Shown here: positions 42,052-51,014 of the stretch, one piece after another
Numbering within the stretch: position 1 is the stretch's first letter
Layout of the letters: the number at the start of each line of letters is the position of its first letter
Notes under the pieces: generated by a model
What the model saw: only the letters and a program-made list of their open reading frames with translations
Databases searched by the model: none
Told to the model about the DNA's origin: nothing
Source: an uncultured Eubacteriales bacterium
GTDB lineage: Bacteria > Bacillota > Clostridia > Christensenellales > CAG-138
NCBI GenBank assembly: GCA_902768795.1
Contig: CACXMS010000001.1
Coordinates: 46,577-110,576 of the forward strand
Direction of reading: 5' to 3'
DNA length: 64,000 bases
Position numbers and translations under genes: made by a program

Positions 42052-42873
42052 TTAACGAAGATCCGGACAATTATGCGCCAAATCGGCGATTTCATCGGCT
42101 AATTTACCAAAATCCGGCAATTCTGGGACATTTTTGGGACTGCATTTTTGCATGTATAAAAGGAACTCCATATTCCCTTTCGGCCCTGTAATCGGAGAAA
42201 ACGAAAGTCCCTTGACAGAAAAGCCCAGATTGCTTGCAAACGACATGATCTCCCTGCACACGCGGGAATGAACGGCCTGATCCCGCACAACGCCGTTTTT
42301 TCCGACCTCTCCGCGTCCCGCTTCAAACTGCGGTTTGATCAGCGCGACAACCTCGCCGTCCTCCGAGAGGCAATGAAACAGCGGCGGCAGAATCAGCCGA
42401 AGCGAGATGAAAGAAACGTCGATCGACGCGAATGAAATCGGCTCCGAAAACCACTCCGGCGTCATGTTCCGGGCGTTTGTCCGTTCCATGACCGTAACAC
42501 GCGGATCGTTTCGCAGCGACCAGTCCAGCTGTCCGTATCCGACATCGATCGCATACACGCGCGACGCTCCGTTTTGCAGCATAACATCCGTAAAACCGCC
42601 GGTGGATGCGCCGATATCCGCGCAAACGCGACCGGTCAGAGAAATCGGAAATACGCGCAAGGATTTATCGAGCTTGAGACCGCCGCGGCTGACAAAAGGA
42701 ATCGCGCTGCCGACAACAACGATCTCCGACGTTTCTGCAATTTCCTGCCCCGCTTTCCTCGCCGGCACGCCATCCACGCGCACCTCGCCCGCCATAATCT
42801 CGGCGCGGGCGCGCTCGCGACTCGGGGCAAGCCCCCGACGGACCATTTCCATATCCAGCCGAACTTTGCTCAC
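42052..42873 (-). CDS. tlyA: TlyA family rRNA (cytidine-2'-O)-methyltransferase
   Basis: S4-like N-terminus (RLD..MV.RGLA.SRE.A...I..G.V.V.G) and a SAM motif DIGASTGGFTD. Confidence 0.9.
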   Translation of the reverse strand: MSKVRLDMEMVRRGLAPSRERARAEIMAGEVRVDGVPARKAGQEIAETSEIVVVGSAIPFVSRGGLKLDKSLRVFPISLTGRVCADIGASTGGFTDVMLQNGASRVYAIDVGYGQLDWSLRNDPRVTVMERTNARNMTPEWFSEPISFASIDVSFISLRLILPPLFHCLSEDGEVVALIKPQFEAGRGEVGKNGVVRDQAVHSRVCREIMSFASNLGFSVKGLSFSPITGPKGNMEFLLYMQKCSPKNVPELPDFGKLADEIADLAHNCPDLR

Positions 42874-44696
42874 AGTTCCTCCAATTCCGCAAGAATCGCT
42901 TTAATCATTTCCCGGTTGAATCCAAACCGTTCCCTCTGCTGTGCAACCGTACCCTGGGCGACCGGAATGTTCGGAATCGCGAGGGAGCGAACCGGGCAGG
43001 GATTGCAGGCAAGCGCGATCTGAGGCGCAAGCGCGGCAATGCTCTCCTCGAGCACAAGAAGCCGCGTTCCCTGCTTTCGGAACAAAGAAAGCATTTCCTC
43101 ATCCATCGGACGGAGAAACCGCATATGCACGAGCCCGGTATCCGTTTCATCGGCAATCGATTCGGCCAGCGGAAGCAAACTGCCGGTCGCAAGAATGACC
43201 GTTTTTCGCATCGGCCGAAGCAAAAGCCATTTTCCGAACACGATCGGCTCCGGAAAAGGCGCAGACGCAAGCGATCCGCGCGGATACCGAACCACAGCCG
43301 GTTCCCTGCGCTGCAGCGCCATTTTCAACATTGCCCTCTGTTCTTCGATCGTTGCCGGCGAATAAACGGCAAGATTCGGCGCAATCCACAGGTACGCCGG
43401 ATCGTATATGCCCTGATGGGTCTCCCCGTCCTCCCCGACCAGTCCGGCGCGATCGAGGCCGATCACGACAGGCAGATTCTGCAGGCAGACATCGTGCAGA
43501 AGCTCGTCAAATCCGCGCTGCAAAAAAGAGGAATAGACTGCAACAACCGGACGAAGTCCGGCCGCGGCGAACGCCGCCGCCATTGTGACGGCATGCTCCT
43601 CGGCAATACCGACGTCGAAAAACCGATCCGGGAATCGCTCCGCAAACGCCGATAGCCCTGTCCCGCTCGGCATAGCTGCTGTAATTGCCACAATCCGACT
43701 GTCCTTCTCGGCAAGTTCACAGAGCGTTTCGCCGAACACCTGAGAACAGGTGATCGAATTCTGCGGACGCACCTCGCCCGTTTCGACCGAGAACGGCGCA
43801 ATACCGTGGAATCGTTCCGGGTTTTCGGCCGCGAACGAATAGCCCTTGCCTTTTTGCGTCAGCGCATGCAGAATGACCGGACGACCGAGCTCCTTTACCC
43901 GTTCGAGATAATAGATCAGTTTGCCCACGTCGTGACCGTCGATCGGCCCGATGTAGGTAAAACCGAGCATTTCAAACGGAAGGTTCGGCAGAAGAAACCG
44001 TTTCATGCGGTTTTTGAACCGTTCCATGTGCCGTCCGAGCCATTTCCCGGTTTTGCTCATATCCAGTACGCGAACAAGACCGCGCTTAAACGCATTATAG
44101 AGCTTGCCGGTCCGCATCGCCGCAAAATTAACGGAGATGCCGCCGACATTGCGGGAAATCGACATCTCATTGTCGTTCAGTACGATCACAAGCGGGATCT
44201 TCTCGCTGCCCGCATCATCCATCGCTTCATAGGACAAGCCGCCCGTCAGCGCGCCGTCTCCGACCAGGGCGACGGCTCGTCCGTCCTCGCCTTTCAAGCG
44301 CATCGCGCGCGCAAAGCCGAGTGCTGCCGAAATCGCGGTGCTGGCATGTCCGGTATTGAAAGCGTCATGCTCGCTTTCCTCCCTTTTGGGGAACCCGGAA
44401 ATCCCGCCTTCCCTTCGAAGCGTTCGGAACGCTTCCCGTCGACCCGTGAGAATCTTATGTGCATACGCCTGATGCCCGACGTCGAATACGATTTTATCCT
44501 TCGGGCTGTCAAACACATAATGAATTGCTACGATCAGTTCCACTGCGCCGAGACTCGACGCCAAATGACCGCCGTTTTGCGCGACGGTTTCCACCATATA
44601 TGCGCGAATTTCTTCGCATAGTCCCGGCAGGTCCTTTTTGTCGAGACGCTTCAAGTCGTCAATGCCGTTGACGGCATTCAGCAGTCGGTACTCCAT
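42870..44696 (-). CDS. dxs: 1-deoxy-D-xylulose-5-phosphate synthase
   Basis: GGHL.SSLG..EL, DVGHQ.Y.HK and GDG..T.G...EA thiamine-diphosphate motifs, 608 aa. Confidence 0.96.
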   Translation of the reverse strand: MEYRLLNAVNGIDDLKRLDKKDLPGLCEEIRAYMVETVAQNGGHLASSLGAVELIVAIHYVFDSPKDKIVFDVGHQAYAHKILTGRREAFRTLRREGGISGFPKREESEHDAFNTGHASTAISAALGFARAMRLKGEDGRAVALVGDGALTGGLSYEAMDDAGSEKIPLVIVLNDNEMSISRNVGGISVNFAAMRTGKLYNAFKRGLVRVLDMSKTGKWLGRHMERFKNRMKRFLLPNLPFEMLGFTYIGPIDGHDVGKLIYYLERVKELGRPVILHALTQKGKGYSFAAENPERFHGIAPFSVETGEVRPQNSITCSQVFGETLCELAEKDSRIVAITAAMPSGTGLSAFAERFPDRFFDVGIAEEHAVTMAAAFAAAGLRPVVAVYSSFLQRGFDELLHDVCLQNLPVVIGLDRAGLVGEDGETHQGIYDPAYLWIAPNLAVYSPATIEEQRAMLKMALQRREPAVVRYPRGSLASAPFPEPIVFGKWLLLRPMRKTVILATGSLLPLAESIADETDTGLVHMRFLRPMDEEMLSLFRKQGTRLLVLEESIAALAPQIALACNPCPVRSLAIPNIPVAQGTVAQQRERFGFNREMIKAILAELEEL

Positions 44697-44697
44697 G

Positions 44698-45501
44698 TCA
44701 CTCCGTTCGATGCGTCATGCCGCGAATCAGCGTTCTCAACGCTTCCGCGGCGTCATTTTGAAAAGGATCCAACAGGCGAAGCGCTTCGGTTTCGGCTTCC
44801 GCCGCAAAGGCCCGGCTCTTTTCCTCTCCGTAAAACGTCAGATAGGTAAATTTATTCTCCTGCAGATCTTTTTGCCGATCCAGCAGGTCGTCCGTAATCT
44901 GAAACAGCAAACCGATCAGATTTCCGAGCTTTGCAAACGTGTCCGCAAGATCGTCCCGCCCGGCCACGATTGCGCCGGCCGTCAAAGCCGCTCGAAACAG
45001 CGCGCCGGTCTTTTGTGCATGCAGCAAATGCAGTTCCTCTTCCGTCCGCTCCGTTTGATTCAGATCGCGGGACTGCCCGCCGACCATATCCATTGCGCCG
45101 GACAGAATCGCGCGCTTTGCCGCGTCAAACCCGGAGCAGCCCGCCAAAAGCAGCGCCGCGTTTGTCAAAAGTCCGTCCCCGGCAAGAATTGCGTTCGCCT
45201 CTCCGAACTGCTTATGCGTGCTCGGCTTGCCGCGCCGAAAATCGTCGTTGTCCATTGCCGGAAGATCGTCGTGGATCAGGGAATAGCAATGAATCATTTC
45301 GAGCGCGCAGGCAAACGGCAGCGCCGTTTCGACGGAACCGCCGAGCATGTCCGTTGTGCAGAGCAAAAGGCACGGGCGAATCCGCTTGCCGCCGTTCAGC
45401 AGACCATAACGCATGCTGTCCGCAAGAATCGGCGCATTATCGAACCCTTCCGCATATTCCGCAAGCGCAGCTTCCGTTTTTTGCCGATAGACGCGCATCA
45501 T
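44698..45501 (-). CDS. ispA: Polyprenyl (farnesyl/geranylgeranyl) diphosphate synthase
   Basis: First DDxxD motif (LIHDDLPAMDNDDFRRG) and second (ITDDLLD). Confidence 0.9.
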   Translation of the reverse strand: MMRVYRQKTEAALAEYAEGFDNAPILADSMRYGLLNGGKRIRPCLLLCTTDMLGGSVETALPFACALEMIHCYSLIHDDLPAMDNDDFRRGKPSTHKQFGEANAILAGDGLLTNAALLLAGCSGFDAAKRAILSGAMDMVGGQSRDLNQTERTEEELHLLHAQKTGALFRAALTAGAIVAGRDDLADTFAKLGNLIGLLFQITDDLLDRQKDLQENKFTYLTFYGEEKSRAFAAEAETEALRLLDPFQNDAAEALRTLIRGMTHRTE

Positions 45502-45701
45502 TGTTCCGATTCCTTCGACAGCGCTTCGATCCGCTGTTCGTACCGGTCCAGCGTCGAAAGACAGTCGCGATACAGCGCTTCGCCGGTTTCAAACAGCCGA
45601 ATCATCTCTTCGAGCGGAACATTTCCTTCCTCAAGCCGACGGGCGATCTTTTCCAAAGCTTCCTGTTTTTCTTCAAAGGTTTGTTCTTTTTCCGTAATCA
45701 T
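45498..45701 (-). CDS. xseB: Exodeoxyribonuclease VII small subunit
   Basis: 67-aa helical protein (FEE....LE.I...LE.G...LEE....F..G) immediately after xseA, with overlapping stop/start codons. Confidence 0.9.
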   Translation of the reverse strand: MITEKEQTFEEKQEALEKIARRLEEGNVPLEEMIRLFETGEALYRDCLSTLDRYEQRIEALSKESEQ

Positions 45702-46915
45702 TTCCGTGCTCTGTCCTTTCCGTTCACCGTTGCGTCGAAGGTTCCGTCCGAAACCCGCGCTGTCAGTCGATCTCCCGCTTTTACCTGTCCGGTCGAAGAA
45801 ACAATTCTCCCGTTTTCATCATACAGCAGCGCAAAGCCGCGCGCAAGAGATTTCTGTGGGCTATACGCAACCACGCGGTCATAAAGCGACTGTATGCCGA
45901 TGCGGCAAAGCTGCAAACGGCCGTCCGTCAATCGCATCATCGCGCCGCCGCTTTCCTCGACCGCCTGACGTTCCTTTCCAAGGCGGAAATCGAGACGGGA
46001 TCGGATCTTTTCGCCCCACAAAAGAGCAATCCGGTCTCTCCTGCTTTGCATGCCGATTTCAAGGGCATGTGACAGCCGTTCGCCGAGTTCGCGCAGTCTG
46101 CCTTGCAAAGCATCCCACTCCGGCACGGCAAGCTCAGCTGCGGCAGACGGCGTCGGCGCGCGAAGATCCGCCGTAAAATCGCTGATCGAGAAATCCGTTT
46201 CATGTCCGACCGCACTGATCACGGGAATCGAACAATCATGGATGGCTTCCGCGACAGGTCTTTCGTTGAACGCCCAGAGGTCCTCCATGCTCCCGCCTCC
46301 GCGACCGACAATCAGAACGTCGGCGATTCCTTCCCCATCGGCTTTTCGGATCGCAGCCGCGATCTCTTCCGCCGCGCCCTCCCCCTGCACAGCCGCAGCA
46401 TACAGCCGGATCGGCATCGCCGGGAAACGGCGGCCGATAACCGTGCGGATATCCTGCAGCGCGGCGCCGGAGCTGCTCGTGACGACGCCGACGCAGGTCG
46501 GAAGCTTCGGAATCGGCTTTTTGAGCGACTCATCGAACCATCCAAGCGCCTTCAAAGAATCCCGATAGCGGCAAAACGCCGCGTAAAGATCACCGTCGCC
46601 TTGCTTTTGCAGCGCGGTTGCATAGAGCTGAAATCTGCCGTCGCGCGTGTACAGCGAAGCAGACCCCAAAAGAAGAACGCGCATCCCGTCGCGCGGGATG
46701 AAGCGCAGCGCCTGCGTATACTGCCGCCACATGACGCATGAGACAGACGCCTGTTCATCCTTCAGCGTGAAATACAAATGTCCGTTCGGATGCCGCTTGC
46801 ACCCCGACAATTCGCCTTCGACCGTCACCCGATTCAAATTCGGATCAGCGCCGAGCAGCAGGTCAACATATTCGTTCAGTTCATGGACGGAAAAAACGGG
46901 GTTCAGCGATTCCAT
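45698..46915 (-). CDS. xseA: Exodeoxyribonuclease VII large subunit
   Basis: N-terminal OB fold (V.GE.S......GH.YF.LKD), VITS.TGAA..D and RGGGS.EDLW.FN motifs. Confidence 0.93.
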   Translation of the reverse strand: MESLNPVFSVHELNEYVDLLLGADPNLNRVTVEGELSGCKRHPNGHLYFTLKDEQASVSCVMWRQYTQALRFIPRDGMRVLLLGSASLYTRDGRFQLYATALQKQGDGDLYAAFCRYRDSLKALGWFDESLKKPIPKLPTCVGVVTSSSGAALQDIRTVIGRRFPAMPIRLYAAAVQGEGAAEEIAAAIRKADGEGIADVLIVGRGGGSMEDLWAFNERPVAEAIHDCSIPVISAVGHETDFSISDFTADLRAPTPSAAAELAVPEWDALQGRLRELGERLSHALEIGMQSRRDRIALLWGEKIRSRLDFRLGKERQAVEESGGAMMRLTDGRLQLCRIGIQSLYDRVVAYSPQKSLARGFALLYDENGRIVSSTGQVKAGDRLTARVSDGTFDATVNGKDRARK

Positions 46916-47853
46916 AGCGCACTCCGATCCAATCCGATATAAGCGACTCCGACGGCATTATCGGAAGAAAGCGCCGGATCGCCGAACAATACGGTTCCGT
47001 CCAACCGTTTTGCAATCAGCTCGCGCAGCAAAAGACTGGAAGCAACGCCGCCGCAGAGCAGAATCGGCCGGCGGCCGCAGGATTCTTCCGCATTCCGAAG
47101 CATTTTGGTCAGCGTCCGCGCAAGACAGTCATAGACGCCGAACGCAAGCTCCTCGCGCGGGACGGATCCGAAAAGGCGCATTGCCGCCGCCTCCGCGCCG
47201 GAAAAGGAACAGTCGCATCCGTGTACGGAAGCGCCGATCTTCACATTCCGCTCCGCAGCCGATAAAGCAAGCGTCTCAAGGTGTTTCCCCGCCGGAAACG
47301 GCAGTCCCATTGCGACGCCGACACGATCGACAAACTGCCCCGCGTGCAGATCGGTCGAAGTTCCGATCCGCTGCATTCGATACGGGTTCAACGCATCCGT
47401 TTCGCACAGCAACAGATCCGTCGTGCCGCCGCTGACATGAAACCCATAGAACGGCCTTCCGATCAACGACTCGTTGCCGCAGAGCGCAGCGCGAAAATGC
47501 CCGCTTTGATGCGTTGTTTCGATCAAAGGAACGCCAAGCGCAGCCGCTATGCTGCGCGCTGTCATCCATCCCGCCAAAAATACCGGCATGTAACTGTCAT
47601 CCGCATCGACCGGTCTTGTGCTGACTGCAACAGCGCCGATCCGGCTCCGGTCGACAGCAGCAAAAAGGCGCTCCAGCAACGGAGCAAGCTGTCTGGTATG
47701 CTGATACAGCCCTTCGGATTGGCGCAGACCGCGTTCTCCAAAACGAACGGAAAGCATCGTCCTTTCCGAAAAGACGATGCCCTGATCCGATACACAAGCC
47801 ACCGAAGTCGTATAACAACTGGTGTCGATTCCGAGACAGCAATCCTGCATCAT
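46903..47853 (-). CDS. TsaD/Kae1-like ASKHA-fold protein (divergent glycoprotease-family paralog)
   Basis: GIDTSCYTTSVA (TsaD has GIETSCDET), an H-x3-H motif (THQSGH) and C-terminal CGGVASS.LLR. Start at ATGATG 47848-47853 after AAGGAA. 13-nt overlap with xseA. Confidence 0.7.
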   Translation of the reverse strand: MMQDCCLGIDTSCYTTSVACVSDQGIVFSERTMLSVRFGERGLRQSEGLYQHTRQLAPLLERLFAAVDRSRIGAVAVSTRPVDADDSYMPVFLAGWMTARSIAAALGVPLIETTHQSGHFRAALCGNESLIGRPFYGFHVSGGTTDLLLCETDALNPYRMQRIGTSTDLHAGQFVDRVGVAMGLPFPAGKHLETLALSAAERNVKIGASVHGCDCSFSGAEAAAMRLFGSVPREELAFGVYDCLARTLTKMLRNAEESCGRRPILLCGGVASSLLLRELIAKRLDGTVLFGDPALSSDNAVGVAYIGLDRSALWNR

Positions 47854-47854
47854 T

Positions 47855-48265
47855 TCATTCCTTCGATTTGGCGATTGCTCCGAGCACTCCGTTGATAAAC
47901 TTTGCCGATTTTTCTCCGCCGAACCGTTTCGCGAGTTCAACCGCCTCGTTGATTGTCGCTCCCGCCGGAATATCATCCCGATACATCAGTTCGTAAGCAG
48001 CAAGCCGTAATATGGACAGATCGACCTTTGCGATACGATCGAACGACCAGCCGATCGCATGCTCCCGAATCAATTCGTCCACCGAAAGCATGTTTTCCGT
48101 CGCGCCGTGATACAAACTCTCCGCAAAGGAGCAGCCCTCTTCATCGAGGCGGTTCTGTGCGTCCGACTGTTCGAGCGCATCAAAAACCGTATTCTCCCCG
48201 CCGACGGTTCCTGCATACAGCAGTTTCATTGCTATCTCTCTTGCCAATGTGCGATCCATACCCAA
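47855..48265 (-). CDS. nusB: Transcription antitermination factor NusB
   Basis: RTLAREIAMKLLY...., W...RI..VDL.ILRLA.YEL and INE.VELAK.F. Confidence 0.92.
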   Translation of the reverse strand: MGMDRTLAREIAMKLLYAGTVGGENTVFDALEQSDAQNRLDEEGCSFAESLYHGATENMLSVDELIREHAIGWSFDRIAKVDLSILRLAAYELMYRDDIPAGATINEAVELAKRFGGEKSAKFINGVLGAIAKSKE

Positions 48266-48286
48266 TCCCGTATCCTTATCCGTCCG

Positions 48287-48505
48287 TTATTTTCTTCTTG
48301 AAAAAAGCTTCCCGAAAAAGTCCTTTACGGCTACCGTACCGCCCTTATCCAACAGATGCCCGAAAAACACGGCGATCGCCAGGACAGGGATGACAAGGAA
48401 AGCCCACCAGCGCAGCAGAACAAAGAGAAGCACCGCAACGATTGCCGAAACGGCAAACAGGATCGCCCATTTATTGTGATTGAATAAATCCCTAAAACTC
48501 TGCAC
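48287..48505 (-). CDS. DUF2273-like small membrane protein
   Basis: 72 aa with two transmembrane helices. Canonical position after amaP in Asp23 clusters. Confidence 0.7.
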   Translation of the reverse strand: MQSFRDLFNHNKWAILFAVSAIVAVLLFVLLRWWAFLVIPVLAIAVFFGHLLDKGGTVAVKDFFGKLFSRRK

Positions 48506-48519
48506 GGGAACCCTCCGTT

Positions 48520-49071
48520 TTACTGAACCTTTGCCGTCTCAGGCTGCCGGGCGATGCTTTCCACCACAATTTCGACCTTTTCGACATGAACGCCCGTATG
48601 ATACTCAAGATACGTTTTCACATCCTCCTGCAGCTTCTCCGTGACGCTCGGCAAAACGGCGTCCGGCCGCGCGCTGATGCGTGCATAGACGGAAACGCCC
48701 GACTTTTCATTTTTTACCGAAATTCTGCAATCTTCTGAGAATCCCTGCGAGCCGACATACCGCTGCACCATGGACGTCAATGCGGAAACGGTCATGAAAG
48801 ACATCCCGCCTTCGCCCTGCCGGATCAAAACGTTCCGGGACATACGTTTGGCAAAGAACATCACAACAATTAACCCGACCGAAGCGCCGATCAATACCAA
48901 TGCAAACGCGCAGATCAGAAGTGCGCTGAGCGGATCGGAAAACCGGTTCATCAGTGCAGACGACGCATTGCTGTCGAACGGGATCCATACCATGACAACC
49001 AGCACAATAAGTCCCGTCAGCGTTGCCAAAACTGCAAGCAAAACAGAAAGAATGTTTTTCAATAACTTCAC
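48520..49071 (-). CDS. amaP: Alkaline shock response membrane anchor protein AmaP-like
   Basis: 183 aa with two N-terminal transmembrane helices. It directly follows the asp23-family gene. Confidence 0.7.
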   Translation of the reverse strand: MKLLKNILSVLLAVLATLTGLIVLVVMVWIPFDSNASSALMNRFSDPLSALLICAFALVLIGASVGLIVVMFFAKRMSRNVLIRQGEGGMSFMTVSALTSMVQRYVGSQGFSEDCRISVKNEKSGVSVYARISARPDAVLPSVTEKLQEDVKTYLEYHTGVHVEKVEIVVESIARQPETAKVQ

Positions 49072-49145
49072 TGCAAATCCTCCGCGGGGTTTACCCGGCT
49101 TGTCCTTTCCCGGAAAAGGGCGGCAGCCCTTTTCTTTTTGCCATA

Positions 49146-49565
49146 TTATTTTACGCGATTCGTCGGCTCAACGGGCTTCGGCGCTTCTTCCGTTTTCTTT
49201 TCTTCAATGAAAACAACCGAGTTGACGGTGATGTTGACTTCGACAACTTTAAGACCGGTCATATTCTCGATCGCTTCCTTCACGGCGCGCTGCACGTTTT
49301 CGCAGACTTCCTTGATCCGATAGCCGTATTTGACAATCAGCGTCAGATCAACAGCACACTCGACAGTGCCGACTTCGACCTTGATGCCCTTTGTATAGCT
49401 CTTCTTGCCAAGCTTTTCTCCGATTCCCTCGAAAGTCGTTCCGCTCATTCCGTAAACGCCTTCGACTTCCGACGCTGCAAGCGATGCAATCGTTGCAACG
49501 ACATCTTCCGCAAATACAACTTTTCCTCCCATTTCATTCGCTTCATTGACCGGCTTATATTCCAT
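49146..49565 (-). CDS. Asp23/Gls24 family envelope stress protein
   Basis: V.FAEDVVATIASLAASEVEGV.GM...... and V.V....V is a typical Asp23 N-terminal pattern. AGGAGGA RBS. Confidence 0.9.
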   Translation of the reverse strand: MEYKPVNEANEMGGKVVFAEDVVATIASLAASEVEGVYGMSGTTFEGIGEKLGKKSYTKGIKVEVGTVECAVDLTLIVKYGYRIKEVCENVQRAVKEAIENMTGLKVVEVNITVNSVVFIEEKKTEEAPKPVEPTNRVK

Positions 49566-49604
49566 TGTTGAATCCTCCTTGACTTAAATATGGGTCATAC
49601 AGCG

Positions 49605-49633
49605 AGTATATCATCTTTTTGCGGAAAACGCAA
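49605..49633 (-). promoter_or_regulatory. Putative promoter of the asp23 cluster
   Basis: The minus strand reads TTGCGT (49628-49633), a 17-nt spacer ending in TGA, then TATACT (49605-49610). Confidence 0.4.
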
Positions 49634-49661
49634 CATTCTCCGGACCGGATTTTTCAGAAAG

Positions 49662-50213
49662 TTACATTGCCGTGCTGATTTTTACGTTTTCCGCACTCTC
49701 GCCGGTTTCCCGCAGAACGATGTCGAGAATCTGCGCGACCTGCTCGTCATTCAATGTATCCGCACCTACAATTACATTTACGCTGCCCGCATGCATCGAA
49801 ACGATCACGTCGTCAAAGCCCTTTCCCCGAACCAGGTTTTCCACCGTCAGTTCCACTTCCATACAGTTGATCAGATCCAGTTTTTGCTTCTGCGCCTCGT
49901 TCAGCGTTTCGCCGTCCGCGCCCTGCGACACGATTGCGTCGAGATAAGCAAGCTCCTGTGTCCGGACATTGTCCCTCTCCTCACGATAGGAAGCAAAGAA
50001 TCCGCCCGTTTGTTCCGCAACTGCGGAAACCGCTTTGACGTCCGATCCGCTTGCGGTAAGCTGCGCCGTCCGGGTCGTCTTTCCGCTTTTGTCCTGATTG
50101 TTGACGATCACGTTTGTGATGACCGCTGCCGCAAGCAGCAGGCAGATTCCCGCTACCGTCAAAACCCGTGTGTTAAAGTATTTTTTGTACTTTTCCGGAA
50201 TGTGATGTTTCAT
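49662..50213 (-). CDS. spoIIIAH: Stage III sporulation protein AH
   Basis: N-terminal transmembrane helix and a C-terminal domain ending VENLVRGKGFDDVIVSMH.GSVNVIV. Start at ATG 50211-50213, which lies 8 nt after AGGAGG. The upstream ATG 50229-50231 lies inside that RBS. Confidence 0.8.
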   Translation of the reverse strand: MKHHIPEKYKKYFNTRVLTVAGICLLLAAAVITNVIVNNQDKSGKTTRTAQLTASGSDVKAVSAVAEQTGGFFASYREERDNVRTQELAYLDAIVSQGADGETLNEAQKQKLDLINCMEVELTVENLVRGKGFDDVIVSMHAGSVNVIVGADTLNDEQVAQILDIVLRETGESAENVKISTAM

Positions 50214-50227
50214 TTTTCTCTCCTCCT

Positions 50228-50830
50228 TCATTGTGGTTCATTATATGCGTCTGCTGACATTTCAAACACTTCAATATGCGATAAAGCAACGCCTGTTGCC
50301 GCCCGCACCGCGTTCTGCAGATCTTTCCGCACCGACAGCTGCGCCGCACCCTCCGCTACGACGACAACCCCGCGAATCACCGGTTCTTTTTCAACAAGAA
50401 TGATTGGCGTTTGCCCGTCTTCGCTCTTTACCGTAGCCGGCTCCGTAACGGTGCTGACGCTGCGCTGCGTACTGCTGTCCTTCCCGGTTACGGCGTCGCG
50501 CGTGTCCTCGTCGGATTTCACGGACATTGCCGTGACAATTTCTCCCGTTGTTTCATAGGTGATCAACACCTCCACCCGTCCTGCGCCGCGGATTTTGGAC
50601 AAAACCGTCACCAATCTCTCTTCAAGCCGATCCTGTTGATCCGTCTCTTGGGGCGATGCCGTTTGTGCCGGTCCTGCGCGAGCGGCGCATCCGATGCGAT
50701 CCGTTCCCGCAAAATAGAATCCTACGGCTAAAAGCACGGCAAACGCATAAAGCGCGCCCTTTGCAGCTTTACTGCTTTTTATTCGATCCCAAATGCTCTG
50801 CAGCGTATCCGTTCGTTTTTTCGATTGCAT
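50228..50830 (-). CDS. spoIIIAG: Stage III sporulation protein AG
   Basis: One transmembrane helix, then LEERL...LSKI.GAG.VEVLIT and PVIRGVVVVAEGA....V...L..AV....GV..H.I.V. GGAGG RBS before ATG 50828-50830. Confidence 0.85.
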   Translation of the reverse strand: MQSKKRTDTLQSIWDRIKSSKAAKGALYAFAVLLAVGFYFAGTDRIGCAARAGPAQTASPQETDQQDRLEERLVTVLSKIRGAGRVEVLITYETTGEIVTAMSVKSDEDTRDAVTGKDSSTQRSVSTVTEPATVKSEDGQTPIILVEKEPVIRGVVVVAEGAAQLSVRKDLQNAVRAATGVALSHIEVFEMSADAYNEPQ

Positions 50831-50831
50831 T

Positions 50832-51014
50832 TTAACCTCCGAATTTTGAAAGCTGCCCTGCAAGCAAGGTCGCCGTTTCCGCAAGATAACAAAGCGCTGC
50901 GGCAACGCGGGCCGTACGAAAGACCGCGTCCTTCGGCAGAAGCGATTCCGTCAGAGAAGTCAGCGCTGTCAGACCGATCCAGCAAAGCAACAATTCTCTG
51001 GCTGCGTCCGTCAT
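50832..51014 (-). CDS. spoIIIAF: Short SpoIIIAF-like membrane protein (60 aa, N-terminal module only)
   Basis: Occupies the AF slot between AE and AG. Two hydrophobic helices with the W....L.......LLP......R pattern. The start overlaps the AE stop (ATGA) and the stop abuts the AG start. Confidence 0.55.
   Translation of the reverse strand: MTDAARELLLCWIGLTALTSLTESLLPKDAVFRTARVAAALCYLAETATLLAGQLSKFGG

Noticed and set aside
39259-46176. Plus-strand ORFs of 479 aa (39259-40698) and 512 aa (44638-46176), among others
   Set aside because: They are antisense to recN and to ispA/xseB/xseA. No independent signals support them.
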